The notes under the pieces: generated by a model
What the model saw: only the letters and a program-made list of their open reading frames with translations
What the model was told of the DNA's origin: nothing
Database searches by the model: none
NCBI GenBank assembly: GCA_934246625.1
Contig: CAKQHZ010000001.1
Location: forward strand, 370,964 to 434,963
Length of the DNA: 64,000 bases
Origin: an uncultured Alphaproteobacteria bacterium
Lineage (GTDB): Bacteria > Pseudomonadota > Alphaproteobacteria > Rs-D84 > CACZYB01
Reading direction: 5' to 3'
Translations under genes and position numbers: made by a program
Shown: piece by piece, positions 10,365 through 20,109 of the stretch
Position numbering within the stretch: position 1 is the first letter of the stretch
How the letters are laid out: every line of letters starts with the position of its first letter

Positions 10365-10429
10365 TAGTTGACTTTACTTATTATAAGGAATAAAATCCTT
10401 CCATATAAACAAAAAGAAAGGAAATCTTT

Positions 10430-10720
10430 ATGAAACAATTGCTTTTATCAGTTGCATTGCTTTTAACTATAACTGCTTGCTCTAATATTTACTCACCAAG
10501 TGCAACTATAAATATAGATTCTTCCAAAATTAATTTTAGTGAATTGAATACGAAGAAAAAAATCAAAGATTGTAATTGGGGTTTCTTAGGTGTAATGAGT
10601 AATCATGATATAACAACTTTAATGAATAAAAATAATGTTTCAAAAATGTATTGGGTGGATTATGAACTCGGCAATATTTTATTATGGAGCAAACATTGTG
10701 TAATAATATATGCTGACTAA
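10430..10720 (+). CDS. hypothetical lipoprotein
   Basis: Lipobox LLTITAC in MKQLLLSVALLLTITACSN. A hairpin terminator lies downstream at about 10740-10765. Confidence 0.5.
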   Translation: MKQLLLSVALLLTITACSNIYSPSATINIDSSKINFSELNTKKKIKDCNWGFLGVMSNHDITTLMNKNNVSKMYWVDYELGNILLWSKHCVIIYAD

Positions 10721-10835
10721 TATATCAAATATTTTACAAATCCTCATTTTAAATGGGGATTTTTTAATTCTTGTATTGTAAAAAATTTTAAATTATGTAA
10801 AATCGTAGTAAAATAACAAAAATATAGGTTTTATT

Positions 10836-12515
10836 ATGTCAAAAGAAAGAATACTTATTACTTCTGCACTTCCTTATGTTAATGGAATTCCTCATTTAGG
10901 TCATTTGGCTGGTTGTCTTCTTCCAAGTGATGTTTATGCAAGATTTAATCGTTTAATCGGCAATGATGTTGTGTATATTTGTGGAACTGATGAACACGGC
11001 ACTCCATCTGAATTGGGTGCAAAAAAAGAAGGCATTGATGTATTGGATTATACAACAAAGTATCATAATTTACATAAGGATATTTATCAAAAATTTAATC
11101 TTTCATTTGATTATTTTGGAAGAACTTCTTCAAAGGCAAATATTGAACTTACTCAACAAATTGCAACCGAACTTTATAATAATGGATACATAGAAGAACG
11201 TGAAGTAGAACAAGTTTTTTCTGTTGATGATAATATGTTTTTACCAGACAGATATATTGTTGGAACTTGCCCTTATTGTGGTGCAACAAATGCTCGTGGC
11301 GACCAATGCGAATCTTGCACAAAAGTTTTGGACCCAAAGGATTTGATTGATGCGAAATCTGCTGTAAGTGGAAGCACAAATCTTGAAGTAAGAAAGACAT
11401 CTCATCTTTATTTGAAACTTTCACTTTTAAGCGACAAAGTTCGTGAATGGGTTAATACAAGAAAGTGGAATAAACTTACCTTGGGAATCGCAAATAAATG
11501 GCTTGATGAAGGTCTTTCTGACAGATGTATTACTCGTGATTTAAAATGGGGTGTGCCAGTTCCAGCAAATGTATTTCCAAATATGAAGGACAAAGTTTTT
11601 TATGTTTGGTTTGATGCCCCTATTGGTTATATATCTATGACAAAAGAATTATTGGGTGATGATTATAAAAAATGGTGGCTTGAATCACATGGTGCAGACA
11701 AAGTTCGCTATGTCGAATTTATGGGAAAGGATAATGTGCCTTTTCATTCTATTATGTTCCCTGCAACATTGATTGGTGCAAACAATGATTATAAAAAAGT
11801 TGATGTGATAAAGGGGTTAAGTTATCTTAACTTTAACGGTGGAAAGTTTTCAAAATCTGCGGGTCGTGGAGTTTTCGCAAATTCTGCAATCGAAGAATTT
11901 GAGGCAGATTATTGGCGTTATTGGTTAATAAAAAATGCTCCTGAAACAGATGATACTGATTTCACTTTTGAACGTTTTGCAGAAGAAATTAACAAGGACT
12001 TAAATGATGTGCTTGGTAATTTTATTCTTCGAATCTTGAAATTCTATAACTCAAAATTCGAAAATACTTTACTTCACAATGCTCTTGATACTGAAAAGGA
12101 AAAGCAAGTTATCAAAAACATTGATGAAAAAATCAAAAATTACACATCTTACCTTTCAAATATGGAATACAGAAAGGCAGTTGCTGAACTTCGTTCTATT
12201 TGGGTAAGTGGTAATGAATATATTGATGAAATGGCTCCTTGGACAGTATATAAAACTGAACCAGAAAAAGCAGGTCAAATACTTGCGTTCGCAATGAACC
12301 TTATGCGTATATTTATGATTCTTGCAAAGCCAATTATTCCATCAACAAGCCAAAAGATTTTAAAGGCTATCAATTCCGATGGCGATTGGATTTTTGATAC
12401 TGAAAAAGAAATGAAAGCAATTTCAAATGGTCATACTTTCAGTATTCCAGAATCTGTATTCACAAAAATTTCTGCGGATAAAGTAAAAGAACTTAACGAA
12501 AAATATAACGCATAG
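10836..12515 (+). CDS. metG: methionine--tRNA ligase
   Basis: 559 aa with the class I HIGH-type motif (PHLGHLAG), a zinc knuckle CPYCG…CESC and a KFSKS motif. Confidence 0.92.
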   Translation: MSKERILITSALPYVNGIPHLGHLAGCLLPSDVYARFNRLIGNDVVYICGTDEHGTPSELGAKKEGIDVLDYTTKYHNLHKDIYQKFNLSFDYFGRTSSKANIELTQQIATELYNNGYIEEREVEQVFSVDDNMFLPDRYIVGTCPYCGATNARGDQCESCTKVLDPKDLIDAKSAVSGSTNLEVRKTSHLYLKLSLLSDKVREWVNTRKWNKLTLGIANKWLDEGLSDRCITRDLKWGVPVPANVFPNMKDKVFYVWFDAPIGYISMTKELLGDDYKKWWLESHGADKVRYVEFMGKDNVPFHSIMFPATLIGANNDYKKVDVIKGLSYLNFNGGKFSKSAGRGVFANSAIEEFEADYWRYWLIKNAPETDDTDFTFERFAEEINKDLNDVLGNFILRILKFYNSKFENTLLHNALDTEKEKQVIKNIDEKIKNYTSYLSNMEYRKAVAELRSIWVSGNEYIDEMAPWTVYKTEPEKAGQILAFAMNLMRIFMILAKPIIPSTSQKILKAINSDGDWIFDTEKEMKAISNGHTFSIPESVFTKISADKVKELNEKYNA

Positions 12516-13652
12516 TTATTTTATAATTTCCAAAATAATTGTATCAAGGAGAAGCATACCTTCCTTTGATACTTTTATTTTATCAGGTGATAATAAAAGC
12601 AATCCCCTATCCTCAAATGCCTGTATTTTATTCATATCAACAAAGTTAAAAAACGAATCACCAAGGTTTTCTTCGAACGTTTTAAAATCGATGCCTTTTA
12701 TCTGTCTTAATCCCATAATGATAAGTTCCTCTGCCCTTTGAGTTTTGGTAAGTGTAGTTGTAAAACTTGTCCTTTGTTGTGAAAGGGTTTTCCAATCATT
12801 TATGTTTGAGGGATTTTCATTTATAATAAATTTATTATCAAGTTTCAATCTTGAGGCAGAAGCAGGACCAATACCAATATAATCTCCACCTTCCCAATAA
12901 TTGATATTATGCTTGCTTTGAAATAATGGTTTTGCATAGCTTGAAACTTCGTATTGTGGAAGAATATCCTTTAAAAAATCATTTGTAAAATTATACATAT
13001 CCACAGCAATATTTTCATCAACTGGTTTTATTTTACCATTTTGAATCCAATCAAAAATTTTGGTATTTTCCTCTATGATAAGTTCATAAAGTGATAAATG
13101 GGACAAGCCTAAATCCTGAATCTTTTGCAACTGGAATTTCCAATCATTTAATGTTTGATTTGGAAGTGCATAAATAAAATCCGCAGATACATTATCAAAA
13201 ATATTTTTTATTTCTGATAATGTTTTTATTGCATCATTTGCCGAATGAATACGCCCCAAAAACTTTAAAACCTTATCATCTAACGATTGCACGCCAAGGG
13301 ATATACGGTTAATACCAAGTGATTTAAAGGTTTGTAATTTTTGATGGTCAACGGTTTTTGGATTTGCCTCCATCGTAATTTCAATATTATTATCAATATG
13401 CCAAAGTTTATGTGCCTTATTTAAAATAGAATCAAGTAAATGTGTATCCATCAATGATGGAGTTCCACCGCCAAAATAAATTGATGAAATTGAACGATTG
13501 TTTGTATACGAATAAAACGAATCAAGTTCGGATAAATAAAAATCTGTTAAATCTTCGATTTTTTTGTTAAGGCAAGGATAGCTTACAAAATCACAATAAT
13601 GACATTTTGAAAGACAAAATGGATAGTGTATGTAAAGGCTAGTTGTTTTCAT
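12516..13652 (-). CDS. hemW: radical-SAM heme chaperone HemW (HemN-like oxygen-independent coproporphyrinogen oxidase family)
   Basis: The YIHYPFCLSKCHYCDF CxxxCxxC motif near the N-terminus. 378 aa. Convergently abuts metG. Confidence 0.85.
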   Translation of the reverse strand: MKTTSLYIHYPFCLSKCHYCDFVSYPCLNKKIEDLTDFYLSELDSFYSYTNNRSISSIYFGGGTPSLMDTHLLDSILNKAHKLWHIDNNIEITMEANPKTVDHQKLQTFKSLGINRISLGVQSLDDKVLKFLGRIHSANDAIKTLSEIKNIFDNVSADFIYALPNQTLNDWKFQLQKIQDLGLSHLSLYELIIEENTKIFDWIQNGKIKPVDENIAVDMYNFTNDFLKDILPQYEVSSYAKPLFQSKHNINYWEGGDYIGIGPASASRLKLDNKFIINENPSNINDWKTLSQQRTSFTTTLTKTQRAEELIIMGLRQIKGIDFKTFEENLGDSFFNFVDMNKIQAFEDRGLLLLSPDKIKVSKEGMLLLDTIILEIIK

Positions 13653-14448
13653 CAGAATTTAATTTTGCATCAACTTCAATAAATTCTTCCATTGGATTTT
13701 CAGAGGACTTTTTAACCTCTTCTTTTACAACTTCGACCTTAGTTTTTACTGGCTCTGTTTCCTTAATAACTTCCTTTGCAACAGAAGGTTGCTTTGCATC
13801 TGTTTTTGAAGATGATGTCTTTGATGTTTTTGTTTTGCTTTTTAATTCGGCATCTTTTTTCTTTTCTTCCTCAATTAAAAATGATGCAAACTTTTCCATG
13901 GCAAATGCCCTATGGCTAATAGAATTTTTTTCATCTTCGCTTAATTCTGCAAATGTGCGACCCATACCATTTGGAACAAAAATTGGGTCATATCCAAAAC
14001 CATCTTGACCTCGGGCTGGGAAATTTATAAAGCCATTACATCTTCCTTCAAAAATTTCGGTTTTATTATCTGGACGTGCAAAAGCAATCACACAAATAAA
14101 GTAAGCATCTTTGTCCTTTGATTTTAATCGTTCTTCAAGTTTTGCAAATGCGTTTTCATAACCTCCTTCGGCTTTTGCATAACGAGCAGAAAATAATCCA
14201 GGTTCTCCGTTTAATGAGGTAATACATAAACCGCTGTCATCTGCAAATGTTGGGAGCTTTGTTTTATTTGCAATAGTTTCAGCCTTAAGTTTTGCATTTT
14301 CCACAAATGTTTTTCCTGTTTCCTCTATTTCAAAATCGTCCTTTAAAATATCCTTATATGAAACAACTTTGATATTAAATGGTGATAGCATTTTTTTAAA
14401 TTCTGCTATTTTATGTTCATTTGAAGATGCAATTACAAACTTTTTCAT
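13639..14448 (-). CDS. rdgB: dITP/XTP pyrophosphatase RdgB (Ham1 family) with a lysine-rich C-terminal extension
   Basis: N-terminal roughly 195 aa are Ham1-like (MKKFVIASSNEHKIAEFKKML…). The last roughly 75 aa are K/E/T/S-rich low complexity. Overlaps hemW, matching the classic rdgB-hemW pairing. Confidence 0.85.
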   Translation of the reverse strand: MKKFVIASSNEHKIAEFKKMLSPFNIKVVSYKDILKDDFEIEETGKTFVENAKLKAETIANKTKLPTFADDSGLCITSLNGEPGLFSARYAKAEGGYENAFAKLEERLKSKDKDAYFICVIAFARPDNKTEIFEGRCNGFINFPARGQDGFGYDPIFVPNGMGRTFAELSEDEKNSISHRAFAMEKFASFLIEEEKKKDAELKSKTKTSKTSSSKTDAKQPSVAKEVIKETEPVKTKVEVVKEEVKKSSENPMEEFIEVDAKLNSDENN

Positions 14449-14464
14449 ATTAAATTATACTCCC

Positions 14465-15937
14465 TTAATTATTTGGATTTGGGTTTGTCCCATCGTAAAA
14501 ATTACCGAACTTAAAGTATTCACCAACAAAGGCAACATCAACAGAACCTGTTGGTCCGTGTCTTTGCTTTGCAATAATAATTTCGGCCATATTTTTAATT
14601 CTTTCTAACTTTGCCTTCCATTTTAGGTATTCTTCGCTGTTTTCATTTTCTGGTTCTTGGCGTTCATAGTAATATGATTCACGATATACGAATAAAACGA
14701 CATCGGCATCTTGTTCAATAGAACCAGATTCACGTAAATCAGAAAGAAGTGGTTTCTTATCATCACGAGCTTCAACTGAACGAGAAAGCTGTGATAGTGC
14801 AATTACAGGGACATCAAGTTCCTTTGCAAGGATTTTTAAACCTCTGGTCATTTCAGAAATTTCCTGAACTCGGTTTTCTGATTTCTTTCCACCAGGTGAA
14901 TTTAAAAGTTGTATATAGTCAATAACAATAAGTGAAAGTCCACCATGTTGACGTTTCAATCTTCGACAACGTGTTCTTATCGCAGATACAGTTAAATCAG
15001 GTGTATCGTCAATGAAAATTGGAACACTTGCTAATGCACGCGAATGTTCAGCAATGCGGTTAAATTCTTCCTCTGTGATATTTCCTGTTCTCATTTTATG
15101 TGCAGATACTTCAGCAGAAAATGATAATATACGAGATGCAAGTTGGTCAGCAGACATTTCAAGTGAAAAGAATGCAACAGGTCCCTGTAAATTTTCAGGT
15201 CCACGTTTATTTAAAACTTCGTTCGCTACATTAAATGCCAAATTCACAGCAAATGCAGTTTTACCCATACCTGGACGACCCGCAACAATCATCAAATCTG
15301 ATGGATGAAGTCCACCAAGTTTTTTATCCAAATTATCTATACCTGTTGACATACCAGAAATGGAGCCATCGCTTTGATATGCCTTTTCAATTATATGCAA
15401 AGATGACCTTAAACTTTCCTCGAAATTTTGAAGTCCACCTTCGGTATAACCTGAGGTTGCCAAATCGTAAAGTTTTTGTTCGGCCACTTGGATTTGGCTG
15501 TTGGCGGAGGTTTCTTCTTCGCTTTCACCACCAAATGCGGAATTAACAATATCTGTTCCAATGTTAATCAAATTACGTTTAATGGCACAATCGTATATCA
15601 ATTTACCATAATCACCAGCATTTATAATTGAAACAGCATTGTTTGCAAGACTTGTTAAATAATCAACACCACCTATGGCTTCAAGTTCACCACTTTGAGA
15701 TAAATAATTTTTAAGAGTAATTATATCGGCAAGATGTCCCTTTTCAATCAACTTTACACAAGCGTCATAGATTATTTGGTGGGCCTTTTCAATAAAATGT
15801 TCCCTTCTTAAAAACTCGGAAACCTTTTCTAATGCCTTATTATTTGTGATAATAGCAGAAAGTAAAGCCTGCTCTGCTTCAACACTTGAAGGAGGACGTC
15901 TTAAGAAATCACCATTGATATTTTTTGTATTACTCAT
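14465..15937 (-). CDS. dnaB: replicative DNA helicase DnaB
   Basis: 490 aa with the N-terminal EQALLSAII motif and Walker A GRPGMGKT. Confidence 0.92.
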   Translation of the reverse strand: MSNTKNINGDFLRRPPSSVEAEQALLSAIITNNKALEKVSEFLRREHFIEKAHQIIYDACVKLIEKGHLADIITLKNYLSQSGELEAIGGVDYLTSLANNAVSIINAGDYGKLIYDCAIKRNLINIGTDIVNSAFGGESEEETSANSQIQVAEQKLYDLATSGYTEGGLQNFEESLRSSLHIIEKAYQSDGSISGMSTGIDNLDKKLGGLHPSDLMIVAGRPGMGKTAFAVNLAFNVANEVLNKRGPENLQGPVAFFSLEMSADQLASRILSFSAEVSAHKMRTGNITEEEFNRIAEHSRALASVPIFIDDTPDLTVSAIRTRCRRLKRQHGGLSLIVIDYIQLLNSPGGKKSENRVQEISEMTRGLKILAKELDVPVIALSQLSRSVEARDDKKPLLSDLRESGSIEQDADVVLFVYRESYYYERQEPENENSEEYLKWKAKLERIKNMAEIIIAKQRHGPTGSVDVAFVGEYFKFGNFYDGTNPNPNN

Positions 15938-16070
15938 AAAAGAATCCTAAAATCTTACTTAATTGTTTTAAATATTATATAAATTTATATAAAGTTTCAA
16001 GTAATAAATCTTAGAAATAAAAAAAATCCCCTTTGTGAAAAAAGAGGACTTTTTTATAATTATTACAACA

Positions 16071-16868
16071 TTATTTCATATTTACAATAGGTGCAATTTC
16101 ATTTGCAGTTTGTTTTTGTAATCTTACATAGTGATGCTTAAATGCAACTTGTGGATTTTTGCTTGAAATATAAAGTGTTCCTGTTGATGAAAAATGAATT
16201 ACAACAATAAATGCAGCAAAAATTCCAAAAATTACTTTTGAAAGTGCAGGTTCACCCTTTAAGCAAGATGTTGTTGCAGTGTAAATTAAAAATACTATGT
16301 ATAAATCCAATATCAATGAAAATATAAATAATATCCAATAGCTAAATGCAAGATGATATGCAACAAATGATACTGGATACATAAAGATACATGATGCAAC
16401 AGCCTTCATTGATGTTTCAAAATTCATTTCACCCTTTGCTAGGTAAGAGAAAAATAACATAACTCCAGCCAAACCAAATGTTATAAGCAATGCATATATT
16501 GGCATAAGTATAATTGCAGAAATCGCACCAATAAGTGTAATGCTTGCAATATTAAATACAATCTTGATACCAGCGGTTATAAGTCCATACATTAAAACCT
16601 TTACAATCGCATTTTCATAGTTGCCATCTGATTTTATTGATGTGAAATATTTTACTGGATGTAAAAGCATATACAAAGCATCAGTTAAAAATTTTTCAAT
16701 GTTGACTTTTTTAACTTTCTTTTCAGCTGTTTTAAAATAACTTTTTGCAGTTTCAACTACTTCTGGTTTTATTATTGTTTTTTTTGAAGTAGCTGGTTTT
16801 ACAGTTTTTGTTTTTTTAACTGTTGAAGTTGTTTTTGATTTTGAAGCAGTTTTCTTTTTTGCAACCAT
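16071..16868 (-). CDS. Yip1-like multi-pass membrane protein with a lysine-rich N-terminal tail
   Basis: The N-terminal roughly 55 aa are a K/T/S-rich tail, followed by five or six TM helices. The Yip1 assignment is tentative. Confidence 0.45.
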   Translation of the reverse strand: MVAKKKTASKSKTTSTVKKTKTVKPATSKKTIIKPEVVETAKSYFKTAEKKVKKVNIEKFLTDALYMLLHPVKYFTSIKSDGNYENAIVKVLMYGLITAGIKIVFNIASITLIGAISAIILMPIYALLITFGLAGVMLFFSYLAKGEMNFETSMKAVASCIFMYPVSFVAYHLAFSYWILFIFSLILDLYIVFLIYTATTSCLKGEPALSKVIFGIFAAFIVVIHFSSTGTLYISSKNPQVAFKHHYVRLQKQTANEIAPIVNMK

Positions 16869-17013
16869 TTATACTCTCCTTATTTGTTTTTATTAAACTA
16901 TTTAATTATATGTCAGTTCGTTTTGTAAATCTACAAAAATAATTTAGTAATTGTAATATTTTTCATTTTATAATATATTAGTTTTATAAAAAATTATAAG
17001 CAATGGGAATAAA

Positions 17014-18435
17014 ATGATAAAAGTTGCAATTATTGGTCGTCCAAATGTTGGTAAGTCAACTTTGTTTAATAAACTTGTTAAACGAAATGTGGCTATTGTT
17101 TACGATACTGCTGGAACAACTCGTGATGTAAAGGAATATGTCGTAAAGGGATATGATGATTTTGAATTTACCCTTCTTGATACTGCTGGACTTGAAAAGG
17201 CTGGCAAGAATACTATTGCAGATAGAATGACAAACAAAACTATCGATGCGATAAAAAGTGCCGATTTGATTTTGTTTATGATTGATGCAAAAACTTCTGT
17301 TTTACCAGAGGATATTTATTTTGCAAATATTGTAAAAAAACATAATAAGCCTGTTATTCTTATTGCAAATAAGGCTGAAAATTATAATAACTTTAAAAAT
17401 AATCTTGGTGATTTTTATAAGTTGGGTTTTGGGGACCCTATGCCTCTTTCCGCTGAACATGGGCAAGGTATTATCTCCCTAATCGATACACTGAAAAAGG
17501 AAATTAAAAAAATCGAAGCAACAAAAATTCCCGAATCAAAGATTGAAGATTTAGATGATGATGAACTTAAGGATATAATCGAAATTGTTGAAAATAGTCA
17601 AGATGAAGCTCCTATTGATTTAAGTGTAAGAATATCTCTTATTGGTCGTCCAAATGTTGGTAAGTCAACTTTGGTTAATACCTTGCTTGGTGAAGAAAGA
17701 ATGCTTGTCGGAAACGAAGCTGGTATTACCCGCGATGCTATTGATACCGATTTTGTATATAAGGGTCGCGATGTAAAACTTATTGATACTGCAGGTTTAA
17801 GAAAACGTTCAAAAGTTTATGAAGAACTTGAAAGACTTTCAACTGCTCGTTCTATTGAAGCAATTAAAAATTCTGATATTTGTATTATTGTAATTGATGC
17901 TTCTGTGGGATTAGATAAACAAGATTTAGTTATTGCAAATGTCGCAATTAACGAAGGTAAAGGTCTTTTGTTCGTCCTTAATAAATGGGATTTGATAAAG
18001 GAAAAGAAGTATGTCCTTTCACAAATCAAAGATAAATTGGAAGAATCATTTGCTCAGGTGAAAAATATTCCTCTTGTTTGCATTTCTGCACTTAAGGCAA
18101 AGGGTGTTGGTGAAATGATGCGTGAGGCATTTGAACTTTATGATTTACGAAACCTTCGAATCTCTACTGGAAAACTTAATAAATGGCTTGAAAAAGTGGT
18201 TATTAAAAATCCACCTCCTCTTTCAAGACTTAAACGTCCTATGAGTATTAAATATATTACTCAAAGTGCAATTAAACCCCCTACATTTACTTTGTTTGTT
18301 GGTGGGGCTTCTGTGCTTCCTGATAACTATAAACGTTATCTTATAAATTCTTTGGGTGAAGAATTTGGCTTTGATAAAATTATTATAAGACTTAAAACAA
18401 GAACAAGCAAAAATCCATACAAGGATAAACAATAA
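17014..18435 (+). CDS. der: ribosome-biogenesis GTPase Der (EngA)
   Basis: Two GTPase domains, each with GRPNVGKST. An acidic linker sits between them, and a KH-like C-terminus follows. Confidence 0.92.
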   Translation: MIKVAIIGRPNVGKSTLFNKLVKRNVAIVYDTAGTTRDVKEYVVKGYDDFEFTLLDTAGLEKAGKNTIADRMTNKTIDAIKSADLILFMIDAKTSVLPEDIYFANIVKKHNKPVILIANKAENYNNFKNNLGDFYKLGFGDPMPLSAEHGQGIISLIDTLKKEIKKIEATKIPESKIEDLDDDELKDIIEIVENSQDEAPIDLSVRISLIGRPNVGKSTLVNTLLGEERMLVGNEAGITRDAIDTDFVYKGRDVKLIDTAGLRKRSKVYEELERLSTARSIEAIKNSDICIIVIDASVGLDKQDLVIANVAINEGKGLLFVLNKWDLIKEKKYVLSQIKDKLEESFAQVKNIPLVCISALKAKGVGEMMREAFELYDLRNLRISTGKLNKWLEKVVIKNPPPLSRLKRPMSIKYITQSAIKPPTFTLFVGGASVLPDNYKRYLINSLGEEFGFDKIIIRLKTRTSKNPYKDKQ

Positions 18436-18445
18436 AGGTATAATT

Positions 18446-18958
18446 ATGAAAAAAATTTTTAATTCAAGTTTGTTATTGATACTTTTTTTTATTGGTATTG
18501 ATTTTATTACAAAATGTTTGATTTTAAATGCAACTGGTTTTTCATTGGAATATTATGGCCCTTATGAATATCTTTACCCCAATTATTATGGAATTAAAAT
18601 AGTTAACAAATTTTTCAACCTTATTTTGGTTTGGAATAATGGAATAAGTTTTTCTATGTTAGCGTCCCATTCGCAACTTGTAAGATGGGGACTTGTCGTA
18701 TTTAGTTCTTTGATAGTTTGCTATATTATACATCTTTTGCAAAAGGAAAAAAATACAACAAATAAGTTCTCATTTATCCTTATTATCGCAGGAGCATTGG
18801 GAAATATTTTTGACCGTATCAGATATGGTGCAGTAATTGACTTTTTGGATTTTCATATAAAAGGATACCATTGGCCTGCTTTTAATATGGCTGATGTGTT
18901 TATCTGTATTGGTGTATTCTTGCTTATTGTCCACGGAATATTTTTTCATAAAAAATAG
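18446..18958 (+). CDS. lspA: lipoprotein signal peptidase II
   Basis: 170 aa, four TM helices. Conserved NRGISFS-like and FNMAD motifs. Confidence 0.88.
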   Translation: MKKIFNSSLLLILFFIGIDFITKCLILNATGFSLEYYGPYEYLYPNYYGIKIVNKFFNLILVWNNGISFSMLASHSQLVRWGLVVFSSLIVCYIIHLLQKEKNTTNKFSFILIIAGALGNIFDRIRYGAVIDFLDFHIKGYHWPAFNMADVFICIGVFLLIVHGIFFHKK

Positions 18959-19022
18959 TGTGATTTTATACTTATAGAATATTTTGTTTTTTCTTTTTAC
19001 TATTGTTGTAAGGAGAAAAATT

Positions 19023-19850
19023 ATGCAACGACTTTTTTTAAAAATACTTCCATACATTATATGTATTTTGACTGGAATAATTGTATTTTTATTTGAAAAA
19101 TTCACTATTGACCCAGATATAAAAAATATGGTCATTAATATATCATCTGGTTTGATAAGTGTGCCATTTGTTTTTATATCCTATGAACTTGTAAAAAATA
19201 TTACTGAACAAAAAATTCGTGCTCGTATCACAGGATATATAAAATTCCATGTTGAAAAGTCTTTGTTTGGAATGTTGAAATACTTTTATACTTGGTTTTT
19301 CCCAACGGAAAAAATGGCTATAATTTTAACTGATGCAAAGTTAAATTTTCTTTTTGATATGGAAACATTGAAAATTGAACGCTTTTTTATGGAAAGAAAA
19401 ATGCTTGGCTTTTTTGTATATAAGGATATTTCTTCGTTTATAGAAGAACTTAGTTCTATTATAAAAAACCCTAATATAAATTCTTATATATCTACTGACG
19501 AAATGGTTCGTTTTATGGATATTTTGCGAAATATTACCTTGATAAAAAAAGAAACTTTGGATTTCATAAACGAAGATAAAGATACAAGATTTACAATAAA
19601 AACTGACCCTAATCCAAATAATTCAAAATTGACACTGACAAATGGGAATATTCAAATTGATAGTGGCGAATTTGGTAATTTGGATAAGGAAAAATTAACA
19701 GAATATTTTCGTGTGCCAACCGAAGATATAGAATTGGTGGCAAAGCAAATTCATGAACTTCTTTTTAATATAGAAGAAATTTTGGAAATAATGAATATTG
19801 ATTTTTGGAACGAAAATTATCCGTATGATATAAAAAATCCAAACTCTTAA
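19023..19850 (+). CDS. hypothetical membrane-anchored protein
   Basis: ATG at 19023 inside the 18984 ORF. Two N-terminal TM helices then a roughly 200-aa soluble domain. No family recognised. Confidence 0.45.
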   Translation: MQRLFLKILPYIICILTGIIVFLFEKFTIDPDIKNMVINISSGLISVPFVFISYELVKNITEQKIRARITGYIKFHVEKSLFGMLKYFYTWFFPTEKMAIILTDAKLNFLFDMETLKIERFFMERKMLGFFVYKDISSFIEELSSIIKNPNINSYISTDEMVRFMDILRNITLIKKETLDFINEDKDTRFTIKTDPNPNNSKLTLTNGNIQIDSGEFGNLDKEKLTEYFRVPTEDIELVAKQIHELLFNIEEILEIMNIDFWNENYPYDIKNPNS

Positions 19851-19898
19851 AAATATGCTTGCATATTTCTATTTTTTTTGTATCCTTTGCTAATAGAT

Positions 19899-19974
19899 GT
19901 TCCCATCGTCTAGTGGTCTAGGACTCAAGATTCTCATTCTTGCAACACGGGTTCGAATCCCGTTGGGAATGCCA
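19899..19974 (+). tRNA. tRNA-Glu, anticodon read as CUC
   Basis: Glu-type D-arm (GTCTAGTGGTCTAGGAC), anticodon stem CAAGA/TCTTG with loop TTCTCAT, T-loop GGTTCGAATCC and a 3' GCCA. Confidence 0.8.
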
Positions 19975-20080
19975 AGTCTTTACACCGATTACCAGTATTC
20001 GGAAATAACCTTGTTCTCTTCTATGCTCCACACTAACACCGTGTGTCGCTAAGGTTTCACAATTATAAAGATATTAAAAA

Positions 20081-20100
20081 AATCCCCTTTTCAGGGGATT
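20081..20100 (-). terminator. rho-independent terminator for rlpA
   Basis: Hairpin AATCCCCTTTTCAGGGGATT. On the minus strand it is followed by a T-run. Confidence 0.6.
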
Positions 20101-20109
20101 AGTTAAGAT

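Noticed and set aside
13643-14008. 121-aa plus-strand ORF
   Set aside because: It is antisense to the low-complexity tail of rdgB. The repetitive S/F composition is an artefact of the K/E-rich coding strand.
16021-16060. Possible terminator downstream of dnaB (AAAAAATCCCCTTTGTGAAAAAAGAGGACTTTTTT)
   Set aside because: The flanking arms are not reverse complements of each other, so no convincing hairpin can be drawn.
19975-20075. Possible sRNA between tRNA-Glu and the rlpA terminator
   Set aside because: No convincing secondary structure or promoter motif. It is probably just the 3' flank and terminator region.
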